Positions 62,878 to 64,000 of a stretch of DNA of 64,000 nt are shown here, one piece after another; position 1 is the stretch's first letter, and every line of letters starts with the position of its first letter. Under the pieces are notes generated by a model that had not been told where the DNA came from, did no database searches, and saw only the letters and a program-made list of their open reading frames with translations. A program made the position numbers and the translations under genes. Source of the DNA: Nitrosopumilus sp. (GTDB lineage: Archaea; Thermoproteota; Nitrososphaeria; Nitrososphaerales; Nitrosopumilaceae); contig OZ244651.1 of NCBI GenBank assembly GCA_965218695.1, forward strand, positions 1,472,001-1,536,000, in the 5' to 3' direction.

Positions 62878-64000
62878 AGAAACTATGCGTAATCCCTCCA
62901 TTTCGCTGAATTAAACCGGAAAATGTTAAAAATTCTGATTTAATTCCCGTCATGTCAAGCGTGTGCGAACCCGTCCTGCCCGAAATGCGAAATAACGTGC
63001 GCAGCCTTGCAGCACCGCGATGTGCACGGAATTAATTGTTTGAAACGGCGCTGCCGGGGACGTTTGCCTGTTCCCAGTTTATTACCGGCCCCAGATTGCC
63101 GCCTGAAGGGGGTCCCTTCTCCAGGTAGTTCCACACGAGGTCCAGGTTTACAAGCCCTGTTATTATGTTAAATTCCCTGTTAAAGTCGCCAATCTTTCCC
63201 TTGTATGGCGCGGTAAGCCGGCCGTACCGCTTCAGCCTGCCAATGGAGTGCTCTACCTTTACCCGGGCGGAATTGATTTTGTGGTTGTGTTCTTTTTCCT
63301 CCTTTGTAAAGCGCTTGTGGTTCTTGGTCTTCTTGTGCGGCTGCAGGGTGTTTGTACCGGGCATATCCTTTGCGATTCCCTTGTAACCGCGGTCAGTAAG
63401 GGTGTGGACCCTGTCCTCTTCGGGGGTGTTCTCGTCGCACATGCGGTCCCACCACTTTCCAAATGGCAGCGGGCTCTCCCTGAGAAGCGTGATGTCGTGG
63501 ACGGATCCCACGGTGCTGTCGGATATGGCGACTATCACCCCGTTTTCGTTTATGCACACGGTGGTATTGAGGGTGAACTTTTTCTTCTTGCCAGAATACA
63601 TCATGCTTCTCATCTGTTTTTCGTCCGGCCTCTGTATGGGGCAGTGCGTGCCGTCGATCATCATGATGCCCCCGTCAGGTCCGGAAATTATTTTTTTGAG
63701 ATCCTCTTTTGTCTCCGTGTCTGCCATCTCCTTTGAGATGTTGGCAGCAGTGGGCAGCGCCACGTCAAGCACCTCGTCTAGTACATCGATATACCGGGAC
63801 ACGGTTGCCTGGTCTATTCCAAAGAATGCCGCAAGCACGCCCTGCGTGGGGTTGCCCTTTTTGTACATCAGTGACATGAGCAGCGCGTGCCTTGGGTACA
63901 GCTTGCAGCGGTTCCCGGGATCCGATGCCCTCGTCTCGTCATTCCTGAAGAGTGGGGATTTGCCGCTTTGCCTTATCCACGCCTCGGCCCTGTCAAGTAT
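62878..64000 (-). mobile_element. IS5-family (DDE_Tnp_4 type) element, partial
   Basis: Candidate end AGAAACTATGCGTAAT resembles the IR of the nested element (AGACATAATCCGTAAT); the other end lies outside the window. Confidence 0.6.
63032..64000 (-). CDS. IS5-family transposase (5'-partial)
   Basis: MIDGTHCPIQRP, YSGKKK, LTDRGYKG, RVKVEHSIGRLK; frame open to the window edge. Confidence 0.92.
   Translation of the reverse strand: MLDRAEAWIRQSGKSPLFRNDETRASDPGNRCKLYPRHALLMSLMYKKGNPTQGVLAAFFGIDQATVSRYIDVLDEVLDVALPTAANISKEMADTETKEDLKKIISGPDGGIMMIDGTHCPIQRPDEKQMRSMMYSGKKKKFTLNTTVCINENGVIVAISDSTVGSVHDITLLRESPLPFGKWWDRMCDENTPEEDRVHTLTDRGYKGIAKDMPGTNTLQPHKKTKNHKRFTKEEKEHNHKINSARVKVEHSIGRLKRYGRLTAPYKGKIGDFNREFNIITGLVNLDLVWNYLEKGPPSGGNLGPVINWEQANVPGSAVSNN

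Overview
Window from an ammonia-oxidising-type archaeon (Nitrososphaerota/Thaumarchaeota, Nitrosopumilaceae-like). This assignment rests on the 16S 5' end, a tRNA-less 16S-23S operon with no linked 5S, the adjacent GSAT-like gene, and DnaJ-ferredoxin, FBPA/ase, CspA and ScpAB genes. Most of the window is housekeeping: rRNA, EF-1alpha, S10/S24e/S27ae/S8e, SRP54/SRP19, TFB, Pus10, heme biosynthesis and intron-containing tRNA-Tyr and tRNA-Leu. It carries at least eight IS elements of the IS5, IS481, ISH3 and IS3 families, one nested inside another. The IS load, GC-rich long spacers and microsatellites suggest a host-associated lineage (inference). The most notable feature is 57215-58820 (minus strand): an IS3-type DDE element (orfA/orfB, -1 slippery site) whose orfB stop overlaps the start of an internally deleted TnpB/Cas12f-like gene, followed by about 155 nt of stacked hairpins ending at the element's right inverted repeat. 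This is a candidate IS3-TnpB-omegaRNA transposon. All calls come from visual motif recognition; no database search was run.
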